Source of the DNA: a virus
Lineage: Duplodnaviria > Caudoviricetes
Strand: one strand, 5' to 3'
Virus record (IMG/VR): IMGVR_UViG_3300012942_000008
Location: 1-53,213 of that record
Length of the DNA: 53,213 nucleotides
A model generated the notes under the pieces. That model did no database searches and had not been told where the DNA came from. It was given only the letters and a program-made list of their open reading frames with translations. Shown here piece after piece: positions 26,652 to 35,865 of this stretch. The stretch's first letter is position 1, and each line of letters begins with the position of its first letter. The position numbers and the translations under genes are program-made.

Positions 26652-27020
26652 CTAGTGACAGTACGTCTGGTTGCCGATGGTTTGGCAGGTAGTGCCGTCG
26701 CTGCCATAGGTGGTGTTGCCGATGCGTGTCGCTGATTGTCCTTGGTTGTCGTACGTCGTGTTGCCGATGCGTTGCGTGTTGTAGCCGTCCGAGCCATAGG
26801 TTGCGTTACCAATGCGTTGATCAGTCACGCCATTGCTGTGATAGGTCGTATTGCCGATCCGTGTCGATGTAGAGCCATCCGAACCGTACGTGGTTTGCCC
26901 AACCCGGCTGTAGGTAGTGGGCTGTTTAGATGCCTGAGAAAAGCCAGTGGGTGGGGTAAATTGGGCCGACGCAGCCGTGCAAAAAACCGATAAAGATGCG
27001 AAAGCTACTATCACTTTCAT
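26652..27020 (-). CDS. Secreted repeat protein (moron)
   Basis: Signal peptide ending ASA-Q; six 15-aa RIGNTTYGSDG-type repeats. Confidence 0.75.
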   Translation of the reverse strand: MKVIVAFASLSVFCTAASAQFTPPTGFSQASKQPTTYSRVGQTTYGSDGSTSTRIGNTTYHSNGVTDQRIGNATYGSDGYNTQRIGNTTYDNQGQSATRIGNTTYGSDGTTCQTIGNQTYCH

Positions 27021-27032
27021 GATGATTTCCTA

Positions 27033-27311
27033 TTAGTTGAAAATGTTTTCCCACCATGGTGGGTCAAAGCGGTCAAAAGGATTTGGTTGTTGTAACTTGC
27101 ACGCTTGCTCAACTTCTTGAGCAGAAAAATTGGTCATGCCTGCTTTTAGATGGTTAAGGACGCAACTGGCCAGTCTCTGCTTGGGGTGCGAGTAGTCGTA
27201 GTGCCGCATACATGTAGCGCCAGTTGCCGCCCCTACAGCGAATAAAAGGATGTATGCCAAAATCGAAGGCATCAGGGGACGAAATGTCGCCTTGTAAGTT
27301 TGCCAGCGCAT
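27033..27311 (-). CDS. Small membrane-anchored protein (low-GC moron)
   Basis: N-terminal TM segment, Cys pair, C-terminal NPFDRFDPPWW. Confidence 0.6.
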   Translation of the reverse strand: MRWQTYKATFRPLMPSILAYILLFAVGAATGATCMRHYDYSHPKQRLASCVLNHLKAGMTNFSAQEVEQACKLQQPNPFDRFDPPWWENIFN

Positions 27312-27313
27312 GC

Positions 27314-27949
27314 TTATTCCCTATTAAGCCACTTGCCCACAAGTTGCTTGCGAACTTTCTGTAATTCACCAAGTGCACAATCTCGCAAATGTGACTTGCC
27401 AATGTGCTGACGCAGAAAGGCAGCTACCTCTTCATCAGATCGCCCCAGCTTCCGCTGGTTGGTTTTGATGTAGCGAATGTGTCGCTTGCGTTCCTGCTCT
27501 TCGGTCTCGTCGCGGGAAGTGCTGTGTGCAAGCCATCGAACGAGATAGCTTTCGGCCGCCTCAAAGTGGCCGAACCGGATCAGCCGGTATTTTGGCGCCC
27601 CCACATGTCGCAGCAGCGAAGTCCAGATAAGCTGGAAAGGCTTGCCGGTGTGCAAGTGCACGTCGTGCACAAGTTGCTGAAGTCGTGCGGCTTGGTCATC
27701 AGAAATGTGTTCCGCGCCAGGTCTGACTTCGGCTACGACTTTTCGTGGTCGGCTCACGTGAATCGACACGTGGTTGTTGGAGCCGATAATTGCCGCATTC
27801 CCATCGCCGCTGATCGTTACGGCGTGTCCTTGCGGTTTTGCAGTGCGTGTTTGCTTGGCGGGGAAGGGGATGATATTCCCCTCTCGCGCGTGCCTGCGAA
27901 TGGCTTCTTCCAAACGGTTTTCAACATCCTTTTCGACCGACATTGGCAT
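27314..27949 (-). CDS. ORF6C-like domain protein co-transcribed with the repressor
   Basis: ISDDQAARLQQLV...IWTSLLRHVGAPKYRLI....FEAAESYL. Confidence 0.6.
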   Translation of the reverse strand: MPMSVEKDVENRLEEAIRRHAREGNIIPFPAKQTRTAKPQGHAVTISGDGNAAIIGSNNHVSIHVSRPRKVVAEVRPGAEHISDDQAARLQQLVHDVHLHTGKPFQLIWTSLLRHVGAPKYRLIRFGHFEAAESYLVRWLAHSTSRDETEEQERKRHIRYIKTNQRKLGRSDEEVAAFLRQHIGKSHLRDCALGELQKVRKQLVGKWLNRE

Positions 27950-27957
27950 TCCCCCTG

Positions 27958-28398
27958 TTAGTCGGTAGTCGTTACTCCTCGCATAGCGGTGAGCATGCGC
28001 GACACCATCCGTTCGGCTGCCTGCATACCGTGGCCTTCCTGGATCATGTCGTAGATGGATAGCACGATATCTGCGCGCGCTTCAGGCTTGACGGAAACTC
28101 TTGCTTTGTCGAGCACCCGTTCAGTGATCTGAAGTGCGCTACGCAAGTTATCGGCGCTTGGTCTCAAATCTTCAGACTTGGATTCGCTGTCATCGCCGTG
28201 AAAGTAGGCGAGCGGCTTGCCCGTCAGCCGGGACAGCGTTGCAAAGTGTCGCTTGTCGACGCGGCCGGTACGCAGCCAGCCTCCCACAGCCTGCTTCGAA
28301 ACGTGGCATTCATCAGCAATGGCTTGCTGCGTAAGCCTTCCGGGCGCTTGAGAAATGGCGCGCTTCAGGCGGTCTCGGAGGTCGGCGGCATCAAGCAT
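27958..28398 (-). CDS. CI-like HTH repressor with no S24 peptidase domain
   Basis: TQQAIADECHVSKQAVGGWLRTG HTH; divergent from the cro-like gene. Confidence 0.8.
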   Translation of the reverse strand: MLDAADLRDRLKRAISQAPGRLTQQAIADECHVSKQAVGGWLRTGRVDKRHFATLSRLTGKPLAYFHGDDSESKSEDLRPSADNLRSALQITERVLDKARVSVKPEARADIVLSIYDMIQEGHGMQAAERMVSRMLTAMRGVTTTD

Positions 28399-28433
28399 TG
28401 ATAGATGGTTGTGCGTGCACCGCTTGTGCGGCA

Positions 28434-28475
28434 AGCAATCTCTGCTTGTCTTTATGGCAAGCATAGGTTTACCAT
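28434..28475 (+). promoter_or_regulatory. pR-like promoter with two 17-bp operators
   Basis: TTGTCT-18-TACCAT; AGCAATC-TCT-GCTTGTC and GGCAAGC-ATA-GGTTTAC. Confidence 0.75.
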
Positions 28476-28481
28476 CGTGGC

Positions 28482-28859
28482 ATGAACGCACTCATCAGAG
28501 CTATCGGTCAGGCCGGCGGCGCACAGGCGGCGCTCGCCGGACGTATTGGTGTCAGCCCCCAACAGGTGAATCAGTGGGTGAAGGGCAAGCGTCCGTTGCC
28601 ACTGGATCGGTGTCCTTTGATCGAGCGAGCGACGTCCGGCGCCGTCCGCTGCGAGGAACTGCGTCCGGACGTGGAGTGGCAACGCGATGCTGGCGACCGC
28701 GTTGTCGGTTACCAAGTGCGGCTGTCGGTGCTTGGCGGGGAGGGGAAGCAAGTCACTGGAAACGTGTCGTCGGTTCATGGCGCCACAGCCTCGCGCAAGG
28801 CCGCATCCCGCAAAACCCCTCGCGTGAAGGGTCGGCAAGGGGAGGCGGTCCGTGGATAA
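28482..28859 (+). CDS. Cro/YdaS-like regulator
   Basis: QAALAGRIGVSPQQVNQW...CPLIERAT.G.V..EELRPD. Confidence 0.85.
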   Translation: MNALIRAIGQAGGAQAALAGRIGVSPQQVNQWVKGKRPLPLDRCPLIERATSGAVRCEELRPDVEWQRDAGDRVVGYQVRLSVLGGEGKQVTGNVSSVHGATASRKAASRKTPRVKGRQGEAVRG

Positions 28860-29337
28860 GGCGCAGATTCCGGGATGGCTCGCGCGTGGGCATGCCGCGA
28901 TGCAGGCCACGTTTCCGCCACGTACGCGCAAGCAGATGGCCGCGTTGATGCTGGACTCCGGCTTGTGGAGTTCGAACCGACTCAGCCTGGAATCAGCCGT
29001 CGCGAGGGTAGGGGATTGCCTGCACCCGGAACGCGGTGGTGGCCAGGGCTTCCGCGTGTCCGAAGTGTGGTTGTGGATGCGCGAAAGCGGCCAGCACGCG
29101 CTGTTCGAGGCAATGGGTGCCGACCTGGGGCGGCGCACGGATCCAATCCCGACCGCGGAGCGGCAGAGCGAACTGCTGACCCGCATCGACGGCCGTCTGG
29201 AAGCCATTGCTGCCGAGCTGGCCGACCTACAGGCGCTGCGCGAAGAACTGACGGGCGGCACGCCATCCATCAAGCCGCTGGCACGCGAGTCTGCGCCGAC
29301 GCGCTTCAGCCAATACGACGCCGACAGGGGGTTCTGA
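28852..29337 (+). CDS. Putative CII-position regulator
   Basis: Position after cro; GGAGG RBS. Confidence 0.45.
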   Translation: MDKAQIPGWLARGHAAMQATFPPRTRKQMAALMLDSGLWSSNRLSLESAVARVGDCLHPERGGGQGFRVSEVWLWMRESGQHALFEAMGADLGRRTDPIPTAERQSELLTRIDGRLEAIAAELADLQALREELTGGTPSIKPLARESAPTRFSQYDADRGF

Positions 29338-30242
29338 TGCAAGCCATTGACCTGTTTGCGGGCTCAGGGCTTTTCAGCCGTGGCGCTGAAGATGCAGGCA
29401 TACAAGTCGTGTGGGCAGCGAACCATTGGCCGGTTGCGGTGAATTGCTATGCCGCTAACCACGCGATCGAACCGAAGTGCCAAGATCTGCATCAAGCCGA
29501 CTGGACGCAGGTGCCCGCGCATGACCTGCTGATCGCTTCACCTGCGTGCACTGGTCACACGCCGGCCCGGGGCAAGGATCGCCCGCATCACGATGCTGAT
29601 CGTGCGACAGCGTGGGCCGTGGTATCCGCGCTGGAATGCCATCGCCCACCATTCGGCGTGGTCGAAAACGTGGTGGCTTTCACGCGCTGGACGTTGTTCC
29701 CAGCTTGGTGCCAAGCCGTTACTGCTCTGGGCTATGCAATCTCGCCGCATTTGGTGGACTTCGCCAACCTTGACGTGCCGCAGAATCGCGAGCGCGTCAT
29801 CATCGTCCTCTCGCGGACCAAGCATCCACTAGAACTGAGGTTGCCAAAGTTGCCGCATATTCCGGCGGCGCAGATCGTGGATTTCAGCGCCGGCAACTGG
29901 TCGGCGATCCGCAAGCCGGGCCGTTCGCCCAAGACCATCGCTCGCATCGAGCGTGGACGCCGGGAACATGGCGAGCGATTCATCGCGCCGTACTACAGCG
30001 CCAGCAAGGGTGGGCGTTGTCTGAGCCGCCCCATCGGCACCATCACGACACATGATCGCTGGGCCGTCATCGACGGCGATCGGATGCGCATGTTGACGAT
30101 CGATGAAGCGCGGCGAGCGATGACGGTGCCCGAGGATTACCGGCTGCCAGCGAAGCACGCGGACGCCATGAAACTGCTTGGTAACGCCGTGCCGCGGCTC
30201 GGTGCCAAGCACATCTTTCATGCATTGGAGCGTGCGGCATGA
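29337..30242 (+). CDS. C5 cytosine DNA methyltransferase
   Basis: DLFAGSG, SPAC, ENV, PQNRER, LLGNAV motifs. Confidence 0.9.
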   Translation: MQAIDLFAGSGLFSRGAEDAGIQVVWAANHWPVAVNCYAANHAIEPKCQDLHQADWTQVPAHDLLIASPACTGHTPARGKDRPHHDADRATAWAVVSALECHRPPFGVVENVVAFTRWTLFPAWCQAVTALGYAISPHLVDFANLDVPQNRERVIIVLSRTKHPLELRLPKLPHIPAAQIVDFSAGNWSAIRKPGRSPKTIARIERGRREHGERFIAPYYSASKGGRCLSRPIGTITTHDRWAVIDGDRMRMLTIDEARRAMTVPEDYRLPAKHADAMKLLGNAVPRLGAKHIFHALERAA

Positions 30243-32797
30243 GCGATGCCTACCGCCAGTTCCTTGAACGCAAAGTCGCGATCGCTCCGAAGCTTGGATT
30301 CGACGTGGATCCATTGTCAATGAATCCTGGCCTGCGTCCGCATTGTCGAGCGCTCGTGCCATGGATGCTGCAGGGCGGCCGCCGCGCGTTATTCACCGCG
30401 TTCGGCTTGCACAAATCCGCGATGCAGTTGGAGGCGGTGCGGATCGCATCGGAACACGTCGGTGGTCGTGGTCTGATCGTCTGCCCACTAGGGGTGCGCC
30501 AAGAGTTCGTGCGGGACGCGGTGACGCATCTGCACTGGCCGGAGCCGCCGAAGTTCATCCGACGGATCGAGGATGCCGGCAATACCGGGGTGTACCTGAC
30601 CAACTACGAGACCGTGCGCGACGGCAAGCTCGACCCTCGCCTATTCCAGGCGGCAAGCTTGGACGAAGCAAGCGTGCTGCGCGGTTTCGGCGGCACGAAG
30701 ACCTTCCGGGAGTTCATGGCGCTGTTCGCTGGCGATGATCGCCGCGACAAGTCACAGCGGAAGGTGAGCGACGGCATCCGATTCCGGTTCGTGGCCACCG
30801 CCACGCCGTCGCCGAACGACTACATCGAGTTGCTGGCCTACGCTGCATTCCTCGGCATCATGGATGTGCCCGCGGCCAAGACTCGGTTCTTCAAGCGCAA
30901 TAGCGAGAAGGCCGACGCGCTGACGCTGCATCCGCACAAGGAAGCCGAATTCTGGTCGTGGGTGTCGACTTGGGCGGTGTTCCTGCAGAAACCGTCCGAC
31001 CTTGGCCAGGAGTACAGCGACGATGGGTACACGCTGCCGCCGCTCGACGTGCGCTGGCACGAAATCCCGAGCCAATCCGATCCAGGCCTGGAGAAGGACG
31101 GGCAGGGAAGGATGTTCGCGAATGCCGCTGTGAGCCTGCAAGACGCCGCGCGCGAGAAGCGCGACAGCCTACCGGCACGGCTGGCCAAGTTGCAGGAGCT
31201 GCGCGCCGAAGCGCCCGGCGAACACAGGATCCTCTGGCACGACCTGGAAGCCGAACGGCATGCGCTGGAGAGCGCGATTCCTGGGGTCATAACTGTGTAC
31301 GGGAGCCAAGACATCGACGATCGCGAGGACGCGGTGCGACGTTTCTCGGATGGCGAGATTGCCGAGCTGGCCGCTAAGCCCGTGATGCTCGGCAGTGGCA
31401 CGAACCTGCAACACCATTGCGCACGCGAAATCTTCCTCGGCATCGGCCACAAGTTCAACGACATCTATCAAGCCCTGCACCGTGTGCAGCGGTTCGGGCA
31501 GACACGCCCGGTGCGGATCGACTTCATCTACACGGAAGCCGAGCGTGAGATTCGCCGCAACATCGAACGCAAGTGGCGTCAGCACGAAACCATGGTGGGG
31601 AAAATGACCGACATCATCCATACGTTCGGCCTGTCGCACCAAGCCTCGATTCAGCAACTGTCGCGCTCGCTGGGCGTGGAGCGCGTCGAGGCCTCGGGCG
31701 AGAGCTATCGCTGCATCAACAATGATTGCGTGTTGGAGACGCGCATGATGGAGGCCGACAGCGTTGACCTGATCGTGACCAGTATCCCGTTCGGCACGCA
31801 GTACGAGTACTCGCCCAGCTACAACGACATGGGTCACACGGATGATGCGACGCACTTCTGGTCGCAGATGGATTTCCTGATCCCGAACCTGTTGCGCGTC
31901 CTGAAGCCCGGACGGGTAGCCGCGATCCACGTGAAGGATCGTATCCAGCCTGGCGGCATCAATGGCTTCGGATTCCAGACCGTCGAGCCGTTCTCCGACC
32001 AGACGACGACTGCGTTCACGAAGCACGGTTTCGCGTTCCTTGCGCGCAAGACGATCGTCACGGACGTGGTGCGCGAGAACAATCAAACCTACCGTCTTGG
32101 CTGGTCGGAGCAATGCAAGGACGGTTCGCGGATGGGTGCCGGCATGCCGGAATACCTGCTCATCTTCCGCAAGCCGCCGACTGACAACGGCAACGGCTAT
32201 GCCGATGTGCCGGTCAAGAAAGACAAGGCCACGTACACGCGACCACGGTGGCAGTTCGATGCGCACGGATTCATGCGGTCCAGCGGCAATCGCCCCCTGA
32301 TGCCGGAGGAGCTGGAGGGGCTGGACCAGGCTGCGATCTTCCAACTGTTCAAGAAGCACAGCCTCGAACAGGTCTACGACTTCACACACGACGTGACGAT
32401 CGCGGAGATAGTGGACCGATCTGGTTGGCTGCCGACTACCTTCATGTTGCTGCAGCCGCAGTCATGGCATCCGGATGTGTGGGCCGATGTCGTACGCATG
32501 CGCTCGCTCAACACCATGCAGGGCAGCAAAGGCAAGGAACAGCATCTGTGCCCGCTGCCGTTCGATATCGTGGATCGATGCATCGCGCAATACAGCATGG
32601 AAGGCGAGACGGTACTTGATCCGTTCGGTGGCCTCATGACGACACCGTACTGCGCGATCAAAGCCAAACGCCGTGCCATCGGGATCGAGCTGGCACCGGG
32701 CTACTTCATGGATGGTGCCGCCTATTGCGCTGCCGCAGAACGTGAACAATCCATGCCCGGCTTGTTCGACATGCTGGATGCGCAGGCAGCCGCATGA
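30239..32797 (+). CDS. SNF2-like helicase fused to an amino (N4/N6) DNA methyltransferase
   Basis: GLHKS, LDEAS, TATPSPND, RVQRFGQ; then TSIPF, HLCPLP, LDPFGG. Confidence 0.85.
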   Translation: MSDAYRQFLERKVAIAPKLGFDVDPLSMNPGLRPHCRALVPWMLQGGRRALFTAFGLHKSAMQLEAVRIASEHVGGRGLIVCPLGVRQEFVRDAVTHLHWPEPPKFIRRIEDAGNTGVYLTNYETVRDGKLDPRLFQAASLDEASVLRGFGGTKTFREFMALFAGDDRRDKSQRKVSDGIRFRFVATATPSPNDYIELLAYAAFLGIMDVPAAKTRFFKRNSEKADALTLHPHKEAEFWSWVSTWAVFLQKPSDLGQEYSDDGYTLPPLDVRWHEIPSQSDPGLEKDGQGRMFANAAVSLQDAAREKRDSLPARLAKLQELRAEAPGEHRILWHDLEAERHALESAIPGVITVYGSQDIDDREDAVRRFSDGEIAELAAKPVMLGSGTNLQHHCAREIFLGIGHKFNDIYQALHRVQRFGQTRPVRIDFIYTEAEREIRRNIERKWRQHETMVGKMTDIIHTFGLSHQASIQQLSRSLGVERVEASGESYRCINNDCVLETRMMEADSVDLIVTSIPFGTQYEYSPSYNDMGHTDDATHFWSQMDFLIPNLLRVLKPGRVAAIHVKDRIQPGGINGFGFQTVEPFSDQTTTAFTKHGFAFLARKTIVTDVVRENNQTYRLGWSEQCKDGSRMGAGMPEYLLIFRKPPTDNGNGYADVPVKKDKATYTRPRWQFDAHGFMRSSGNRPLMPEELEGLDQAAIFQLFKKHSLEQVYDFTHDVTIAEIVDRSGWLPTTFMLLQPQSWHPDVWADVVRMRSLNTMQGSKGKEQHLCPLPFDIVDRCIAQYSMEGETVLDPFGGLMTTPYCAIKAKRRAIGIELAPGYFMDGAAYCAAAEREQSMPGLFDMLDAQAAA

Positions 32798-33684
32798 GCC
32801 GCGCACGCAACATCAAGCCTGGATTCTTCAAGAACGATGTTCTTGTCGAACTTCCTTTCGAATATCGGCTCCTGTTCATCGGCCTATGGACGATGGCGGA
32901 TCGTGAAGGGCGCTTGGAAGACCGGCCGAAACGCATCCGCATGGAGGTGTTCCCGGCCGATGACGTGGACGTTGACGTAGGCCTGCGAGCACTGCACGAG
33001 GCTGGGTTCATCCATCGGTACGAGGCTGCAGGGCAACGCTACATCGCCATCCTGGCCTGGTCGAAGCACCAGAATCCGCACGTCAAAGAAGCGGCCAGCC
33101 TGATACCAGCACCGTGCGAGCACCGTGCGAGCACCGTGCTCGCATCAGGTAAGCACCAAAACGGCACCAGAGCAGCCCGGCTGATTCCTGATTCCGGATT
33201 CCTGATTCCGGATTCTGGTTCGCCTTCGGCTCACAGCGCGAGCGAGCATCCGCGAGGCGGCACGCCCGAAGATTCGCAGCTGCCCGACGGGGTCGATCCC
33301 GAACGCTGGCAGTCCTACCGCGATCAGCTCGCCGACGATGGCAAGTTGTCGATCAGCCGGATCAAGACCGCGTTGCTGCAGCTGCGCCGGGTAATCCGGG
33401 ACGGGCACGACCCGAACGCCGTGCTCACCGCCGCGGTGATGCGCGGACTGCGCGATCTCGATGACACGGCTCAACGGCTGGCCCGGGAAGCCGCGCAGCA
33501 CAGCGCCCGTGATGGGCCGCCACGTGTCCAAAGCCGCCAAGCCCAAGCCATTGCCGCCCTTAACGAGGTCACCGACCGTGTCACCGCCGAACAACCCACC
33601 ACCGCCCGATTGGCTGATCCGCGAACTGCGGGACGGTCTGCGCAAGCTGGTCTCCCTGAGCCTGGAATCGCCCCCGTCCGCTGA
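32794..33684 (+). CDS. Phage replication initiator
   Basis: RARNIKPGFF...RLLFIGLW..ADREGR N-terminus; internal iterons. Confidence 0.8.
   Translation: MSRARNIKPGFFKNDVLVELPFEYRLLFIGLWTMADREGRLEDRPKRIRMEVFPADDVDVDVGLRALHEAGFIHRYEAAGQRYIAILAWSKHQNPHVKEAASLIPAPCEHRASTVLASGKHQNGTRAARLIPDSGFLIPDSGSPSAHSASEHPRGGTPEDSQLPDGVDPERWQSYRDQLADDGKLSISRIKTALLQLRRVIRDGHDPNAVLTAAVMRGLRDLDDTAQRLAREAAQHSARDGPPRVQSRQAQAIAALNEVTDRVTAEQPTTARLADPRTAGRSAQAGLPEPGIAPVR
33108..33217 (+). repeat. Putative replication origin iterons
   Basis: AGCACCGTGC(G/T) x3 plus three degenerate 11-mers in phase; then C(T/G)GATTC x5. Confidence 0.7.
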
Positions 33685-33958
33685 GCTGATCGGCGCCACG
33701 TTGCTGACGTGGACCGAGGTCGTCACGCACGGTCGCCAGTTCGATGCCGACAGGGACGCGCCGCGGTTCAGGGCGGCGTTCCGCACACTGGCTGAGCGTT
33801 GCCGGCGATGGCCGGCACCGGCGGATTTCCTTGCTGCGCTACCTCGCATCGAGTCATCCCGCCGGCATCTGCGTCTGATCGACGACGGGGCGCGCGAACG
33901 CGGGATGGCGCATCTGGAAACGATCGCGAAGCGGCTGCACATCGATGGTGGCTCATGA
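33578..33958 (+). CDS. Hypothetical protein (helicase-loader position)
   Basis: GTG with GAGG; C-terminal WPAPADF motif. Confidence 0.55.
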   Translation: MSPPNNPPPPDWLIRELRDGLRKLVSLSLESPPSAELIGATLLTWTEVVTHGRQFDADRDAPRFRAAFRTLAERCRRWPAPADFLAALPRIESSRRHLRLIDDGARERGMAHLETIAKRLHIDGGS

Positions 33959-34173
33959 CCCTTCGTCAATGCCCGCTGCAAGCCGACCTTGCTGCGGCGC
34001 TGCGTTCACGGCCGATGACTATCCGCGAATGCGCTGCCGCGGTCAGTTCGACCTACGACTCGACTCGGCAGGCCTTGGGCGCCTTGGAGCGGGCGCGCGT
34101 GGTTCGTCGCCATGGATGGCGTCCGGGTCGGCGTGGTTGGGCTCAGGTCTTCGAGTTGGAGGTGTGCTCATGA
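33955..34173 (+). CDS. Small winged-HTH protein
   Basis: ATGA coupling; PMTIRECAAAV...TRQAL..L. Confidence 0.55.
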   Translation: MTLRQCPLQADLAAALRSRPMTIRECAAAVSSTYDSTRQALGALERARVVRRHGWRPGRRGWAQVFELEVCS

Positions 34174-34439
34174 TTCCGCTCGGTCACATCCGCACCGGCG
34201 TGCTGCGTATTGCGTTACGTGCCGCGAACTTGGTTCGCGAACACGGCGAAATCGCGGTCTTCATCGGCACCAATGGCCAGACCGCGGCCGTCGCCTGGTA
34301 CGAGCCGGACTACGAGGCCGCTGTACGACGTCGTCATGGTCGTTTGGCTGGCATTTATCGACACAGCGAAGAACAGGGCGGACCGCAGATCGCGAAGTAC
34401 GTCCGCGACGATTTGACGGCCATGATCGGGAGGCGTTGA
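34170..34439 (+). CDS. Hypothetical protein
   Basis: ATGA coupling, GGAGG RBS. Confidence 0.5.
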   Translation: MIPLGHIRTGVLRIALRAANLVREHGEIAVFIGTNGQTAAVAWYEPDYEAAVRRRHGRLAGIYRHSEEQGGPQIAKYVRDDLTAMIGRR

Positions 34440-34440
34440 C

Positions 34441-34839
34441 GTGGACACGAAAGAACCCTGGCTGGACATGTTGTCGACAGAGCAGCGCAAGCTATTGAAC
34501 GCCGCATGTGGCGACTTGGCCGAGCAGATCAACTGGCACGGCAACCAACTGAGCAAAGATGACTGGCGACACATGATCGCCGGCACGGTATTGGGCTGGC
34601 GGATGATGCCGGCGATCGACCGCGGCGAGGGCGCGCCGGGATTCATCATGCTCGGTGGCAGCAGTCTTGACCTGCGCAAATCGGATTGCACGGAGGCGAT
34701 CACGCTGGCTTTCCATCTTGGTGACTGCCCGGAAGAGCAGGGGCTGACGTGCAAGCCTGTTCGGTGGTGTCCAGTGATCAGGCTGGCGCGCGGCATCAGT
34801 GACGCGGACGAACGGGATGCGGCGAGGTGGGCCGCATGA
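34441..34839 (+). CDS. NinB/Orf-family recombination protein
   Basis: DLAEQINWHG..LSKDDWRH...GFIMLGGSS. Confidence 0.7.
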   Translation: MDTKEPWLDMLSTEQRKLLNAACGDLAEQINWHGNQLSKDDWRHMIAGTVLGWRMMPAIDRGEGAPGFIMLGGSSLDLRKSDCTEAITLAFHLGDCPEEQGLTCKPVRWCPVIRLARGISDADERDAARWAA

Positions 34840-35240
34840 AGCGCACGCCGATCCAGCGGAAGACGCCCCTCAAGGCCACGACCATCTGCGCGAGCGGGAA
34901 GCGCGTCCGATCAAGCCGCCCGAAGATGACGCCGGCCAGGTCGAACGCGAAGGGTCGGCCATGCACGCTACGGTTTCCGGGTTGCTTTCCCGGGGCGGAG
35001 AACGAGCAGGTACAGCTCTGCCATCTGAGGATGCTTGGCGGTGGCGGAACTGGCATGAAGCCTCATGACAGCGAAGCGGTATTCGGCTGCACCCATTGTC
35101 ATGACCTGCTTGATGGGCGAAGCCGGCTCGTCCCCGAGTTGGCCCACGAATTCACCTGGGAGCGGGTGCTGCGGGCGCTTATCGAGACGCTGCGGTTGCA
35201 GCGCGAAGCCGGGGTGCTGATCTACAAGGGGGAGGCGTGA
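34836..35240 (+). CDS. DUF1364-like Zn-binding nuclease
   Basis: CTLRFPGC...CH...GTGMKPHD....GCTHCHD..DGR. Confidence 0.75.
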   Translation: MKRTPIQRKTPLKATTICASGKRVRSSRPKMTPARSNAKGRPCTLRFPGCFPGAENEQVQLCHLRMLGGGGTGMKPHDSEAVFGCTHCHDLLDGRSRLVPELAHEFTWERVLRALIETLRLQREAGVLIYKGEA

Positions 35241-35653
35241 ACGTGGCCGCGGCCGATGCACTCATGGGCATCTTCGGCCTACGCCGTGTGGCGGTCGCTG
35301 TGGAATTGCCGATCAAAACCGGTGCCGGGCTCAATGACCGTTGTCACTGGCGCACGCGTGCCGCCAAGGTCAAACGCGAACGTGGCGCTGCGTGCCTCGC
35401 GGTGCCCGGCATGCGGGTGCAAACCGCGCTTCCCGTGACCGTGCGGTTGGTGCGCTTGTCCGCCGGCACGCTGGACGATGACAACCTGCAAGGGGCGCTG
35501 AAAGCCATACGCGACGGCGTGGCCGACGCCTACGGCATCCCCGACAACGAACCGCGCATCCGCTGGGAGTATGCACAAGAGCGATGCAAGCGCGGCGCGT
35601 TTGGGGTTCGTATCGAATTCCATGCGCTTGGTCAGGCAGGGGAGGCCTCATGA
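35237..35653 (+). CDS. RusA-like Holliday junction resolvase
   Basis: LDDDNL...KAIRDG.AD..GIPD. Confidence 0.7.
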   Translation: MNVAAADALMGIFGLRRVAVAVELPIKTGAGLNDRCHWRTRAAKVKRERGAACLAVPGMRVQTALPVTVRLVRLSAGTLDDDNLQGALKAIRDGVADAYGIPDNEPRIRWEYAQERCKRGAFGVRIEFHALGQAGEAS

Positions 35654-35865
35654 CCTGGGACTACGGCTGCGAGCACACCGGCAAGCGGCGTTACCCCACC
35701 GCAGCCGACGTGCGCGATGCGATCAAGGCCGTTGGCAAGCGGGGCTCGCCCCAGCGCCCGTATCGGTGCAAACACTGCCACGGCTGGCATCTCACTCACT
35801 TCCTCCACGAAACGCGCCCCAAGCGGCGTGCCCGCACGCTCTACCCATCCAGGAAAGCTCCATGA
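35650..35865 (+). CDS. Small Zn-finger protein
   Basis: C..TGKRRY...YRCKHCHGWHLT. Confidence 0.6.
   Translation: MTWDYGCEHTGKRRYPTAADVRDAIKAVGKRGSPQRPYRCKHCHGWHLTHFLHETRPKRRARTLYPSRKAP

Noticed and set aside
28875-29336. N-terminal extension of the C5 methyltransferase
   Set aside because: It overlaps the upstream gene; motif I begins right after the coupled ATG at 29337.
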